Assembly: GCA_047603125.1 (NCBI GenBank)
Contig: JBLKOU010000002.1
Span: forward strand, 1-60,489
DNA: 60,489 bases
Direction: 5' to 3'
DNA from: Candidatus Woesearchaeota archaeon
Lineage (GTDB): Archaea > Nanobdellota > Nanobdellia > Woesearchaeales > DATGWN01
The notes beneath the pieces were generated by a model, which worked only from the letters and a program-made list of their open reading frames with translations, had not been told where the DNA came from and searched no databases. A program made the position numbers and the translations under genes. Below are positions 9,595-19,580 of the stretch, piece by piece; the first letter of the stretch is position 1; each line of letters opens with the position of its first letter.

Positions 9595-10265
9595 GATTAG
9601 CGTTTTCAATAAAAGAGGTATTCATACTTATTTCATATAGTTTTATCTTTGGTTTTTTATTTTCGTTTGCTCGCTGGAGCATTGAAAATCTCTTAACATT
9701 TAGTGCAATGAGTTTTTTGGTGCTTTTTTTTCTTATGAGTGGTCAAAAATGGATGGCGCACAGAAAGCATATGTATGTGAGTATGGCCTTTTCATATTGG
9801 GCATTGTTTGTAAGTTTAGTGCTTTGTATTGTTTCTAACGGATCTATTATTTTACCAATTCCGCCAGGTATTATTTTAGAAAAGCACGAGCATGTGGGTA
9901 AAAAAATGCAAGGATTTCGAGAATTTGCAAAAATTGGATTTGCAGGAATATTTGTAACCATTCTATTTGGTTTATTGTTTTCTCAATTAGAAGCGTTAAC
10001 GTCAATTTTATTTTATATTGTCTTTGTCTCTTTGCTTCCTCTGGATTTTATATTTCGCTATTTTGAGCCACATAGTGGAAATTTACCAGGAACGCTTATT
10101 TTTTATCGTTCAAGAACACTCTATGTTTTTACACTCATATTTTTTTTAGCAAGTTCGCTCATGGCACTGAGCGGAGAAGTTTTATTCACCCTCTTTTTTG
10201 GTTTAATGGTGGGCTTATTTGGTTCGCTGTATTATATAATAAAAATAGAAAAAAATTTTTCTTAG
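9591..10265 (+). CDS. Polytopic membrane protein (function unknown)
   Basis: Multiple hydrophobic helices. The ATG at 9591 overlaps the traB stop (ATGA). The weak LLPLD motif is reminiscent of M50 proteases, but there is no HExxH. Confidence 0.6.
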   Translation: MRLAFSIKEVFILISYSFIFGFLFSFARWSIENLLTFSAMSFLVLFFLMSGQKWMAHRKHMYVSMAFSYWALFVSLVLCIVSNGSIILPIPPGIILEKHEHVGKKMQGFREFAKIGFAGIFVTILFGLLFSQLEALTSILFYIVFVSLLPLDFIFRYFEPHSGNLPGTLIFYRSRTLYVFTLIFFLASSLMALSGEVLFTLFFGLMVGLFGSLYYIIKIEKNFS

Positions 10266-10267
10266 AA

Positions 10268-10492
10268 TTATTTTTTCTTTGTAAGAAGCTTTTCTAATTT
10301 TTTCTCTTGTTTTTCAATCTTGAGTTCTTCTTTTAAGACGGTTTTCACGAGTGCTTCAATATGTGTGTCAATTCGAGCAATTCTTCGCTCCAAAAGAACT
10401 AGAACACGTAAAACGTACACTATTGCACCCAATGTACCTGCAAACACTGCCAAAATTAATGCTATCATGTTACTATCCATAGGATAAATCAC
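10268..10492 (-). CDS. Small membrane-anchored coiled-coil protein
   Basis: 74-aa ORF with one N-terminal TM helix (IALILAVFAGTLGAIVYVL) and a Lys/Glu-rich helical tail. Confidence 0.5.
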   Translation of the reverse strand: MIYPMDSNMIALILAVFAGTLGAIVYVLRVLVLLERRIARIDTHIEALVKTVLKEELKIEKQEKKLEKLLTKKK

Positions 10493-10544
10493 CTCTTTTG
10501 TGTATTTTAGCAGTTCCTATTTATAAATTTAGTGCGCTAATCGC

Positions 10545-10817
10545 TTATTTAATAAGTTTAAATCCATTAGCAAGATAGGTTTCTCTTTGGATAATTTGAG
10601 TGTTTTCATTTGAATTTTTTCCGTCAAATACGCCTTTTACTATTACTTGCTTATCAAAAACAAGAATTTTTTTTATGGTGTGTTGGCCGCTGAGTTTTCT
10701 TTGGTGTATATAAAAATCTCGAAAGGCTTTCATTCCAGATATAGTCTGTTCTCCTCGGATATAAATTATATTTTCAGAAAATAATTCAAACATTTTTGGA
10801 AAAGATTTTGCATCCAC
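10545..10817 (-). CDS. Hypothetical small protein (possibly NTF2/SnoaL-like)
   Basis: 90-aa ORF with a GTG start. The fold guess rests on weak sequence pattern only. Confidence 0.4.
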   Translation of the reverse strand: MDAKSFPKMFELFSENIIYIRGEQTISGMKAFRDFYIHQRKLSGQHTIKKILVFDKQVIVKGVFDGKNSNENTQIIQRETYLANGFKLIK

Positions 10818-10893
10818 TAATGTATAATATTGGAGGATTTTCTCATTATATACCGTAAAGTTTTACTTATGTTATGATTTATATAATTAAGTA

Positions 10894-11697
10894 TTATTTA
10901 GCCACAACTTTCATTTCAAGCCAAGCCAAATCAAAGAGATCTTGCATAGTTTTTGCAAAGAATGGTGTATTTATCCAAATACCCGTATCGTATGTTGGAT
11001 GTACTTGCGCATCATCCATCATCATAAAAATAATTTGTTGTTGATCAACAACAATAAAGCGTCCAATAATGTCTGTGTGTTTTACGACTGCAACATCCTT
11101 GAGATTTTCAATATGGGATTTACATTCATCTGTTACTTGTGTTGCGATTTTAATTTTCACACCGCGTTTAGCAACTTTTTCTAAGACGGGTTTGAGTGTT
11201 TCAATTTTGTGCATGAATCCTTGTGTTGTTGTAAGAATACAAACTTCTTTTTCTGCGTCAAGAATTGTTGCTTCAAGATGTGTATAAATGTGTTGTTTTC
11301 CTTTTATGCTGCCTGTTAAATCCGCGGAATCAACATGTTCGATTCCTTGAGTATGTAATAATTGTAATTCTTCTAGAACAGAACTTTTTTTGAGCTTTTC
11401 AACGATTTGCGTGCGATCATTGGCGTCGCGTAGGATTGATTTTTTCATTACTTCAATCACTTTATCTGGCTCAATTGCGAGATATTTGATTGGTTTTCCA
11501 ATTTTAACGATAATAAAACCTTTTTTTTCTAATGATTCAAGAACGTCATAGGTACGGCTTCGTGGAACATTTGCAATGTCTGATAATTCCCCTGCCGTTG
11601 CTACGCCGCGTGATAATAATGCCACCCAAAGCTTCACTTCATAGCTATTTAAATCGAAATCTTTGAGTTTACTTAACAGTTCTTTACTCACTATCAT
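10894..11697 (-). CDS. trmB: TrmB-family transcriptional regulator
   Basis: N-terminal winged HTH (LNSYEVKLWVALLSRGVATAGELSDIANVPRSRTYDVLESLEKKGF) plus a TrmB-type C-terminal effector domain. Confidence 0.85.
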   Translation of the reverse strand: MIVSKELLSKLKDFDLNSYEVKLWVALLSRGVATAGELSDIANVPRSRTYDVLESLEKKGFIIVKIGKPIKYLAIEPDKVIEVMKKSILRDANDRTQIVEKLKKSSVLEELQLLHTQGIEHVDSADLTGSIKGKQHIYTHLEATILDAEKEVCILTTTQGFMHKIETLKPVLEKVAKRGVKIKIATQVTDECKSHIENLKDVAVVKHTDIIGRFIVVDQQQIIFMMMDDAQVHPTYDTGIWINTPFFAKTMQDLFDLAWLEMKVVAK

Positions 11698-11827
11698 GAA
11701 AAGAGGGAGATTGAAAGTATTTATAAAGGTTTTCTTTTGTTGTTATTCTGAAGTGGTTATTTTTAAACAATCAGTCGATTTTGTTCGAAAGCTTTAAATA
11801 CCCACAGATGATAAACACGCTAGGTGA

Positions 11828-12106
11828 ATGCAAATGCTAAAGATGAAACGCATAACAGAAACATACGACATGCGCGTATTTACTGACGGTGGAGATTATT
11901 TTGGGGATATTGAAGAAGCAATTTTAACCAATAATAAGGTCTATGGTTGGCGAGTGCGAGCAAGCAAAAATTCTTTTTTAAATAAGGTATTAGGAAGCGC
12001 AAAAGGTGTTATTGTACCCCACCAATTAGTAAAAGCAACAGGGGATATAATGATTATCAATAAAACTGCGGTGCCGTCGTATTCTGATGATGAAAAAGAC
12101 GAGTAG
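11828..12106 (+). CDS. PRC-barrel domain protein
   Basis: GDYFGDIEEAIL...VYGWRVR...VIVPHQLVKATGDIMIINK pattern. A BRE/TATA-like aaagctttaaata lies upstream. Confidence 0.7.
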   Translation: MQMLKMKRITETYDMRVFTDGGDYFGDIEEAILTNNKVYGWRVRASKNSFLNKVLGSAKGVIVPHQLVKATGDIMIINKTAVPSYSDDEKDE

Positions 12107-12548
12107 TTTTCTTTTTATTTTCCTTTTCTTTATGACATTTAGCTTTGCAGCTATTGATCCTGCGGTGATTGAGCTTTACCAAAGTATGTCGGGAAATGAA
12201 TTGAGTGAGTCTATTTTACTTTTACAAGAAATGGATGCAGTACAAATATTCATGCATTTGGAGTCGCAAAAGTCAGAACCCGTTAATTATACTGTTTCTT
12301 TGGAGTGTGTTCGGTGTCGCGATTCTGTCGAATTGTCGTATTTAAAGGATGGAACGTTGCCTGCCGGCCAAAAAATTCTCAACGGTATTGTTATTCAAAC
12401 AAATCAAACACTACCAGGCTTGTATTCATATAATGTGGTGGTGCGAACGCCTGAAGGGGTTTATTTTGAGCAAGAGTTGCAAATATTTGTGCAAGCAACA
12501 AGGTTTTTCCCCGTATTATCACATTTTCTTCTAGCAATACGTATTTAA
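12087..12548 (+). CDS. Hypothetical secreted protein
   Basis: N-terminal signal-like segment MMKKTSSFLFIFLFFMTFSFA and a hydrophobic C-terminus. Confidence 0.5.
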   Translation: MMKKTSSFLFIFLFFMTFSFAAIDPAVIELYQSMSGNELSESILLLQEMDAVQIFMHLESQKSEPVNYTVSLECVRCRDSVELSYLKDGTLPAGQKILNGIVIQTNQTLPGLYSYNVVVRTPEGVYFEQELQIFVQATRFFPVLSHFLLAIRI

Positions 12549-12642
12549 AGACTGAGAAATACGCAATTTTGCAGATGAAGAAGTGAACACCAGCTGAGGC
12601 TTGCCGATGATGAGCGGAAGTAACTTCTGATGCTCTTTTCCA

Positions 12643-12966
12643 ATGACTCCAAATTCATTTCAAAAAGACGTTCTTGTACTCGTAGATCAAATTCCAAAAG
12701 GACGCGTAGTGACGTATAAGCAACTTGCACACATGCTTGGTTCTCGTGCCTATCGTTTTGTTGGTCAATGTGTGAAAAAAAATCCACATCTAGGAAAAGT
12801 CCCTTGTCACAGAGTTGTTTGTAGTGATGGGTCGCTTGGCGGATATGTTCTTGGTGTTGATCAGAAAAAGAAATTGTTGGAGAGTGAAGGTATTGTCTTT
12901 TTGAAAAATGGAAAAATAGATTTGGATGTGTATGAATTCATGTTTGCAAAAATTAACCAAACATAG
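12643..12966 (+). CDS. ogt: O6-alkylguanine-DNA alkyltransferase-like protein (single MGMT DNA-binding/active-site domain)
   Basis: IPKGRVVTYKQLA...VPCHRVV...GGY carries the PCHR active-site motif. At only 107 aa it has no N-terminal domain. Confidence 0.8.
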   Translation: MTPNSFQKDVLVLVDQIPKGRVVTYKQLAHMLGSRAYRFVGQCVKKNPHLGKVPCHRVVCSDGSLGGYVLGVDQKKKLLESEGIVFLKNGKIDLDVYEFMFAKINQT

Positions 12967-14092
12967 TCAATTCACGACGTTCTTTAAATTCTTCATCATT
13001 TTTTACTTTCTCAACTGCATCCACAAAATGTTTATTTGCCATTGTATGTTTATTTTCACGAATTGCAAAGTATCCTGCTTCCGTACAGACTGATTTAATT
13101 TCTGCACCAGAAAACCCTTCCATGAGCCGTGAGATTTGTTTAATACTAACTGATTTTGAGAGTTTCATATTTTTTGTGTGAATTTTAAAGACTTCTTCAA
13201 TACCTTCACCTTCAGGGTGTGGAACATGGATGAGTCTATCAAGTCTTCCTGGCCGAATGATTGCGGGGTCAAGAATATCTTTTCTATTCGTTGCACCAAT
13301 AACTTTGACATTATCGAGTTTTTTAAACCCATCAAGCTCTGCTAAAAATTGCATGAATGTTCGTTGTACTTCTCGCTCGCCACTGGTTCCTACTTCTATT
13401 CGTTTTGCAGCAATTGAATCGATTTCATCAATAAAAATAATTGCTGGCGCTTTTTCTCTTGCTCTTTGAAACACTTCTTTGACAAGCTTTGCTCCTTCTC
13501 CTATGAATTTTTGTACAAGCTCACTTCCAACAATTTCTATAAATGTTGAATTTGTGGAGGCAGCAACTGCTTTTGCAAGTAATGTTTTTCCAGTCCCTGG
13601 CGGTCCATAGAGTAACACACCTTTTGGTGGTTCAATTCCAACTTTTTTAAATAATTCTGGTTTTTGTAATGGTAATTCAATGACTTCTTGCACTTCTTGA
13701 ATTTGTTTTGCAAGTCCGCCGATTTGATTCCACTCCATTTGCGGCTTTTCTATGATGAGAAACTTATCAATATCAAATTTTTTCATGCTATCTATTTTTT
13801 TAATAACAGTAAGATTTTTTTGTTCACACAAAACCGTGTCGCCGGGAGCGAGTTTTTGACATGAGGATGAAATGTTGACATAGAATTGATTTCCATTAGG
13901 AACTTTAATGATTGCTTGATTTTTTTCACTTACATATTCTACAACTTCACAAATCATGAGCGCAGGTTGTTGAAAACGAATAAGTTCATGCTGTAGTTGA
14001 GCAATTGTTTCGCGAAGCATTCTATTTTCAGCTTCCATTTGCTCATTTTCCCCTTCGTACGTATATTCTGCTTGATTTGTTTTGATTGACAT
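12953..14092 (-). CDS. pan: Proteasome-activating nucleotidase (PAN), AAA+ ATPase
   Basis: N-terminal coiled coil, OB segment, Walker A GPPGTGKT, Walker B IIFIDEID and second region of homology. Confidence 0.95.
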   Translation of the reverse strand: MSIKTNQAEYTYEGENEQMEAENRMLRETIAQLQHELIRFQQPALMICEVVEYVSEKNQAIIKVPNGNQFYVNISSSCQKLAPGDTVLCEQKNLTVIKKIDSMKKFDIDKFLIIEKPQMEWNQIGGLAKQIQEVQEVIELPLQKPELFKKVGIEPPKGVLLYGPPGTGKTLLAKAVAASTNSTFIEIVGSELVQKFIGEGAKLVKEVFQRAREKAPAIIFIDEIDSIAAKRIEVGTSGEREVQRTFMQFLAELDGFKKLDNVKVIGATNRKDILDPAIIRPGRLDRLIHVPHPEGEGIEEVFKIHTKNMKLSKSVSIKQISRLMEGFSGAEIKSVCTEAGYFAIRENKHTMANKHFVDAVEKVKNDEEFKERRELTMFG

Positions 14093-14147
14093 GGGTTTGT
14101 GATATTTTTAGTGTTTTTAAACATTTTGAAAACACCCTCGGTTTTTT

Positions 14148-15248
14148 ATGAGCAGAATATTTATAAAACACGCCTCATTTGACAAAAATATGCAACCATC
14201 TCCAAATAAAATAGAGCAATTAGCAACGAAAATACTTTCTGAATCTGTCGTTTTAGAAAAAGGACAATCGATTCTTTTAGAGTTTGGGCTGCAAGCAAAA
14301 CCGTTGGCGCTTATTTTATACCAAAAACTCTTGAAAAATGGATGTCATGTACATATACGCATCGGGGATGATGACTTTTTACGAACATATTACCAACATG
14401 TAAACGACCAAGTTAATCATGTGAGTCAAAGCGAACAAGTGTTATATGATACTATTGATGCAAAAATCGTTATTGTTGCAACAGAAAATACAAGTGCGCT
14501 TTGTGATGTTGATCCAAAAATTATTTCGCAACGTCGCAAAGTTCTCTCTCCACATTCATATAAAGTGATTGAAAAACAATGGTTGCTTTGTCAATACCCA
14601 ACAAATGCTTTTGCACAGGATGCAAATATGTCATTATCAGAATATGTAGATTTTGTTTTTGACGCAATGCTTGCGCCATTGGATAATGAACTGATGAAAA
14701 AGTTAAAACAGCGACTCGATCAAGGAAAACAAGTACGCATTATTGGTGAAAATACAGACTTGATTTTTTCTATTGATAAAAGAACTGCAATAATTTGTAA
14801 TGGAAAACATAATTTACCCGATGGTGAAGTGTTTATTGCTCCGGATGAATTTTCTGTCGAAGGTCATATTTATTATGATATTCCAATTAATTTTATGGGA
14901 CGCATTGTCGAGGGTATCTCATTAACATTTGAAAAAGGTAAAGTCGTACATGCAACAGCGCATAAAAATCAAGATGTATTGCATGCAGCTCTCAGTGTCG
15001 ATGAAGGTGCATCTCGACTTGGAGAATTTGGCATTGGAACAAATTACTCGTTAACAAAACCCACAAAGCAAATTTTATTTGATGAGAAAATGGGAGGGAC
15101 TGTTCACTTAGCAATCGGCCGTGCCTATAAAGAAGGCGGTGGCAAGAATGAGAGTGCGATTCATTGGGACATGATTAAGTCGCTTAAAAAAGGGAAACTT
15201 TTAATTGATGGCGAACTTATACAAGAGAATGGAACCTTCAAAATTTAA
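14148..15248 (+). CDS. Aminopeptidase, M29 (AmpS/PepS) family
   Basis: LGEFGIGTN...LFDEKMGGTVHLAIG...NESAIHWDMI motifs. Confidence 0.85.
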   Translation: MSRIFIKHASFDKNMQPSPNKIEQLATKILSESVVLEKGQSILLEFGLQAKPLALILYQKLLKNGCHVHIRIGDDDFLRTYYQHVNDQVNHVSQSEQVLYDTIDAKIVIVATENTSALCDVDPKIISQRRKVLSPHSYKVIEKQWLLCQYPTNAFAQDANMSLSEYVDFVFDAMLAPLDNELMKKLKQRLDQGKQVRIIGENTDLIFSIDKRTAIICNGKHNLPDGEVFIAPDEFSVEGHIYYDIPINFMGRIVEGISLTFEKGKVVHATAHKNQDVLHAALSVDEGASRLGEFGIGTNYSLTKPTKQILFDEKMGGTVHLAIGRAYKEGGGKNESAIHWDMIKSLKKGKLLIDGELIQENGTFKI

Positions 15249-16407
15249 ATTAAAGAACGGATTGCCTATTCTTTTATACCCGACGCCTGCAAAAAGTACG
15301 AGCATTGTTATTGGTATTCGTTTAGGCTCAATTACAGAATCGCATAATGGCATTTCTCATTTACTTGAGCATGTTGTTTTTGAAGGAACAAAAAAATTTC
15401 CTACTGCGTTATCATTTGCAAAATATCTTGAAGATTTTGGAGGAGAATGTAATGGTTCTACAGGCAAAACAAAAACGCTTTTCTATGTGAAAGTTCGTCC
15501 TGAACACATTGATGTAGGGTTAGAATATTTATATGAATTGTTTGCACAACCTTTATTGAAAAAAGAATCTATGGAAAAAGAGAAAAAAGTGGTGCTACAA
15601 GAAATTGCTGTTCTCAAAGAAGAACCAAGACTTGATCAATGGCGAATTTTTGAGCAAGCGTTATTCGTTAACCATGCTGCAAGATTGCCAGTGAGTGGAA
15701 CGAGAAAGAGTGTTTTGAGTTTAACACATGAGCAATTATTAGAGCAATATTCTCAAGCATATTGTGCTCAAAACGCATTTGTTGTTGTTTGTGGGAGCAT
15801 TCCTTTGAAAATGCGTGAAAAGCTATCTCAATTTGAAACAATTCCTAGCGGCAAGCCGATGAAAACGACTTCGGTAGTTGAGCCAAATAAAAAAACTCAT
15901 AAAAGAACAAAAAAACAATTGCAACAATCGTATATAACAATGGGTGTGAAAGTTGAAAACATTTCAAGTTTAGATTCGATTGCGTTAGATATTTTAGAGG
16001 TTATTTACTCAAAAGGTCAATCAGGTTGGTTGTTTGACGAATTTCGAAATAAGCACTCGCTCTCATATGATGTATTTGCACACCATAATGCTGATGGAGA
16101 TGGTTCATATTTTGCGTGTAATTGTGTCGTTTTACCGAAATTTGAAGAGCAAGCAATTGCACTGCTCAAAGAAATTTTTCAGCGTAAGCCTTCGAAAAAA
16201 GATGTTGAATTAGCAAAAGAATTTCTTATTAGTAAATATGTTTTTGATTGTGAGGATACAGTTTATTTTGCCCAGTTTTTATGTGAAGAGGGTTTGGATG
16301 GAAGAGAAGAGTATTTGCAAAAAGTTAAAGCGATGACTGTCGAGCAAGTTCATAAATGCATTGATAAATATTTTACAAGTGAGATGACAACGAGTATTGT
16401 TTTTTAG
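15229..16407 (+). CDS. M16 (pitrilysin/insulinase) family zinc peptidase
   Basis: Inverted zinc motif HLLEHVVFEG (HxxEH). The ATG at 15229 is preferred over the ORF-track start at 15205. Confidence 0.85.
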   Translation: MEPSKFKLKNGLPILLYPTPAKSTSIVIGIRLGSITESHNGISHLLEHVVFEGTKKFPTALSFAKYLEDFGGECNGSTGKTKTLFYVKVRPEHIDVGLEYLYELFAQPLLKKESMEKEKKVVLQEIAVLKEEPRLDQWRIFEQALFVNHAARLPVSGTRKSVLSLTHEQLLEQYSQAYCAQNAFVVVCGSIPLKMREKLSQFETIPSGKPMKTTSVVEPNKKTHKRTKKQLQQSYITMGVKVENISSLDSIALDILEVIYSKGQSGWLFDEFRNKHSLSYDVFAHHNADGDGSYFACNCVVLPKFEEQAIALLKEIFQRKPSKKDVELAKEFLISKYVFDCEDTVYFAQFLCEEGLDGREEYLQKVKAMTVEQVHKCIDKYFTSEMTTSIVF

Positions 16408-16446
16408 GTTGACTTTTTTTTGTGGCTTTATCTAACAATTGTTTTT

Positions 16447-16595
16447 AAAAAGAGCACGCAGATTTTGCTCAAGAGTCCCGCTTTGAGAATCGCGCGAAAA
16501 TTCGGTTGCACTTTTTCGGATTCCCATCCTCAAGTTTGAAAGAAGCTTTCAAACAATCACCAAATTTTCTGAATTTGCTGCAAGGTGCTCTTTTT
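16447..16595 (+). repeat. Intergenic repeat family B, copy 2
   Basis: Aligns with 55500-55650 and with the reverse complement of 206-355. It has the same termini and the same central hairpin. Confidence 0.8.
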
Positions 16596-16661
16596 CTTAT
16601 TTTTTTGGCTGAAGCCCCATTTTACGATAGATATTAAAATAACGTATATTTTACTATTTCT

Positions 16662-17303
16662 ATGCAAAAAGAGCAGTTTGCAAAAATATTTGTAGATACG
16701 AGTTCATTGGTAGATTTGATTAAAGAAGATTCACAGTATGTGTCCGAAGAGCTTTTAGAACATCCTTATTGTGTGACTCCTTTAATTTATAATGAGTTTC
16801 GACCGAATAAAACAAGAAATCTACTCATAAAGGCAAGAAAGCATGCAAAGAGAGCTTTCCCTCCGTTTGAAAGACAGAATTTTATTAATAGTGTCACAAG
16901 AGATATTCGAAGAAAACGCCAAATATATAGGCAATTAGAGCAGTCTCAATATATTCCAAGAGCGGGTACTTCTGATAGTTTAGTTATACCACAACGATTA
17001 GGTTTATCACAAGCAGATTGGCAGCTTATTCGTACAGCGCATAGTTATGCACAAGTAGATGGTGATGTTGCTTTGTTAAGTCATGATTTTCATCTTTGTT
17101 TAGGCTCGTATGCTTTTGCAAAACGTTTTGGTGGCGGCGTTGACGTTTTTTATGGTAATTTGCAGTCAAATCGATCTTTAATCTTTCCTGAGGACAAAAT
17201 TGCGTTTCGTGGACCAAAATTAATTGATTTTCCAAAACGAGACGAAGTAAAGTATGTCCCAAACATTTCGTTTTCTCGATTGGAAAGTGCGCCTAGTCGT
17301 TAA
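16662..17303 (+). CDS. Hypothetical protein, possibly PIN-like nuclease fold
   Basis: N-terminal IFVDTSSLV, and later acidic positions (NEF, QADW, LSHDFH) spaced as in PIN domains. The assignment is weak. Confidence 0.4.
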   Translation: MQKEQFAKIFVDTSSLVDLIKEDSQYVSEELLEHPYCVTPLIYNEFRPNKTRNLLIKARKHAKRAFPPFERQNFINSVTRDIRRKRQIYRQLEQSQYIPRAGTSDSLVIPQRLGLSQADWQLIRTAHSYAQVDGDVALLSHDFHLCLGSYAFAKRFGGGVDVFYGNLQSNRSLIFPEDKIAFRGPKLIDFPKRDEVKYVPNISFSRLESAPSR

Positions 17304-17349
17304 ATAGACAGAACTTCGAGCTATTTGATTTCAAAAGAGTTTTAAGTAA

Positions 17350-18576
17350 GTGAATTTTTACACGAGTATGGTTAAAAGTGTCCGAGAGCAGGTTTTAGAA
17401 CAAATTAAGCCAAAAGAAGATGTGTTAAAAATTGTTGAAACTGTTGTTTCTCTCTTAAAAAAAGCTTGTAATGCTGATGTTCGAGTCGGTGGTTCCATTG
17501 CAAAACAAACATATTTGGCAAATGATTATGATTGTGATATTTTTGTTCGCTACGGAAGTGATGATAAAGACTTATCTGAATTATTAGAAGCTGATTTGAA
17601 AAAGACGCCGTTTTCATTCCAACGAGTTCATGGTTCTCGAGATTATTTTCAAACAGTGTATCAAGGAGTAGCATTTGAGTTTATTCCGGTGAAACATATC
17701 ACCAAACCAGAGCAAGCACAAAATGTAACGGATATGTCTGTTTTTCATGTAGATTGGATATCTCCAAAATTAAATGATACACTTCGAGATGATATTCGTT
17801 TACTCAAACAATTTTGTAAGGCGCAGCGTGTGTATGGTGCAGAAAGTTATATTGGTGGGTTTTCCGGTCATATTTTAGATATTTTAGTCATCTATTACGG
17901 TGGATTTGAAGCAGTTTTACAGGCTTCAAAAACATGGAAACAAGGTGGGACTATTGACATTGAAAAACATATGGCGAAAAACTTTAACGCTGATAAATTA
18001 CATTCGCCTCTCATAATTGTGGATCCGGTTGATCCTTCAAGAAATGCTGCAACAGGATTGGCAAACGATTGTTTTTCTCGCTTTCAAAAACACGCAAACG
18101 CGTACTTGCAAAATCCATCTGTTGACTTTTTTGTTAAAACACCTTTGTCAGAATTAGCACCAAAATCACTTTGTTATTTTTTTCAATTTACACCGGTGCC
18201 GGGGAAAGTGGATGTGAGTGGGGCAAAAGTAAAAAAAGCTATTGAGTTTGTGCTCAAAAACATATCTGAATTTGGCCCTCATGATTTCTTATGGGATTAT
18301 CAGGAAAAAACGGGTTTTTTTTCTGTAAAAACACCGCTACTTTCCAAAACAAAAACAGTACAAGGTCCGCCATTGAATAAAACGCAACATGTTGAAGCGT
18401 TTGTTGCACAACATGAACAAACATATGAGCAAGATGGCCGAGTTTTTGCAACAGTGAAAAGAGATTTTTTTCGTATAGAAGATGCGCTCGAATATTTTTG
18501 TCAAAGCACATATGTAAAAGAGCGGGTCGTTTCTCTAACCTGGCAAAAAGCGCAAAATCGCAACGAGTCCACCTAG
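17350..18576 (+). CDS. cca: CCA-adding enzyme (archaeal class I tRNA nucleotidyltransferase)
   Basis: GGSIAKQTYL..DYDCDIFV nucleotidyltransferase motif and the archaeal CCA body/tail pattern. The start is GTG at 17350 or ATG at 17368. Confidence 0.88.
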   Translation: MNFYTSMVKSVREQVLEQIKPKEDVLKIVETVVSLLKKACNADVRVGGSIAKQTYLANDYDCDIFVRYGSDDKDLSELLEADLKKTPFSFQRVHGSRDYFQTVYQGVAFEFIPVKHITKPEQAQNVTDMSVFHVDWISPKLNDTLRDDIRLLKQFCKAQRVYGAESYIGGFSGHILDILVIYYGGFEAVLQASKTWKQGGTIDIEKHMAKNFNADKLHSPLIIVDPVDPSRNAATGLANDCFSRFQKHANAYLQNPSVDFFVKTPLSELAPKSLCYFFQFTPVPGKVDVSGAKVKKAIEFVLKNISEFGPHDFLWDYQEKTGFFSVKTPLLSKTKTVQGPPLNKTQHVEAFVAQHEQTYEQDGRVFATVKRDFFRIEDALEYFCQSTYVKERVVSLTWQKAQNRNEST

Positions 18577-19542
18577 ACTTTCGAGTTGTTTGTGTATTTG
18601 ATATTCTGTTTCTACAATAAATACAGTTGCTTTTGATTGTTCTGCAAGTTCAATAATTGGTTCAATTTGTTCTGTTTTTGTTTGCAGTAGCGCATCACTT
18701 ACAAAAAGTGTCTGAATATTTCCCATTTGTGCAGCTTCCAAGCATTGTTCTAAACCATAGGTGGTCAGATTATCAGTTGCTAGATGTTTGAGTGCTTTTT
18801 CAAAGTCTGCGGTGATTTTGGATTGCATATCTTCTTGGATGATATTTTCAAATGCGACATTTTTGAGGAGTGCAGAAAAACTTGAATTATCGCTAAGAGA
18901 AACGTGTTGTGCTCGTATAGATTCTTTGTTACAGAGTTCGAGAATTTGACTCTTCCAAAAATCAGGCCCTGCAAAAATGATGTGCTGTGCTTTTTTTTGT
19001 TTTACGAAGGAGAGAATGTGCTCAAAAAATTCTTTTGTTTCAGTTTGCTGCTGTGCGTGCTTTGATTGATCGTTTTGTAATTGCGTTAATTTTGTGAACC
19101 CTTGTTGTGTATAATTTCCAATGATTGCTTGCTGATTATCAAATAAAATAATGAGTGCTTCAAATGTTTTTGTTGCCTGCTCTAATCGTTCAAGCTCAAA
19201 TGATTTCCATTCTTTTTTGATAGTGAGAGTCATTTTTGTTGTGAGAACAAAGGAATGATGTTCACCTTTTGGTACGTCAGGTGGCCCTTGTGTGATTGTT
19301 CCTAATACGCGAAGTCCAAAATCGGGGTCGAATTCGCATTTTTGCACACAAATTTCTAACCATAGAGTTTTTTTTATCGCAGCACTGCTTCTTTGTGTTG
19401 TGTCAGTTGTGGGTTTTATTTTTCGTGTAGTCATTCCACTAATATGATCTCCGGATTTAATCACTTTATAAAGGTGGTATAAATCATCGGCAAATTCAAT
19501 ACTCACTTCTCGTGTTCTATTATCGATTGTTTTGATGCGCAT
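18535..19542 (-). CDS. pelA: Pelota/Dom34 mRNA surveillance factor
   Basis: eRF1-like three-domain pattern with a Pelota N-terminus (MRI...DDLYHLYKVIKSGDHI). Confidence 0.9.
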   Translation of the reverse strand: MRIKTIDNRTREVSIEFADDLYHLYKVIKSGDHISGMTTRKIKPTTDTTQRSSAAIKKTLWLEICVQKCEFDPDFGLRVLGTITQGPPDVPKGEHHSFVLTTKMTLTIKKEWKSFELERLEQATKTFEALIILFDNQQAIIGNYTQQGFTKLTQLQNDQSKHAQQQTETKEFFEHILSFVKQKKAQHIIFAGPDFWKSQILELCNKESIRAQHVSLSDNSSFSALLKNVAFENIIQEDMQSKITADFEKALKHLATDNLTTYGLEQCLEAAQMGNIQTLFVSDALLQTKTEQIEPIIELAEQSKATVFIVETEYQIHKQLESLGGLVAILRFLPG

Positions 19543-19548
19543 GGGCGA

Positions 19549-19560
19549 TATATTTATAAG
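19549..19560 (+). promoter_or_regulatory. TATA box for the 19581 gene (leaderless geometry)
   Basis: tatatttataag is centred ~26 nt upstream of the ATG at 19581, within a 38-bp divergent spacer. Confidence 0.45.
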
Positions 19561-19580
19561 GGGATTCTATCAATTTATAT

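Noticed and set aside
10818-10893. Possible N-terminal extension of the 10545..10817 gene: the frame stays open upstream (NFTVYNEKILQYYTL) without a start codon, and an out-of-frame ATG is nearby
   Set aside because: The family assignment is too weak to argue that the upstream residues are conserved. It was therefore not called as a frameshift.
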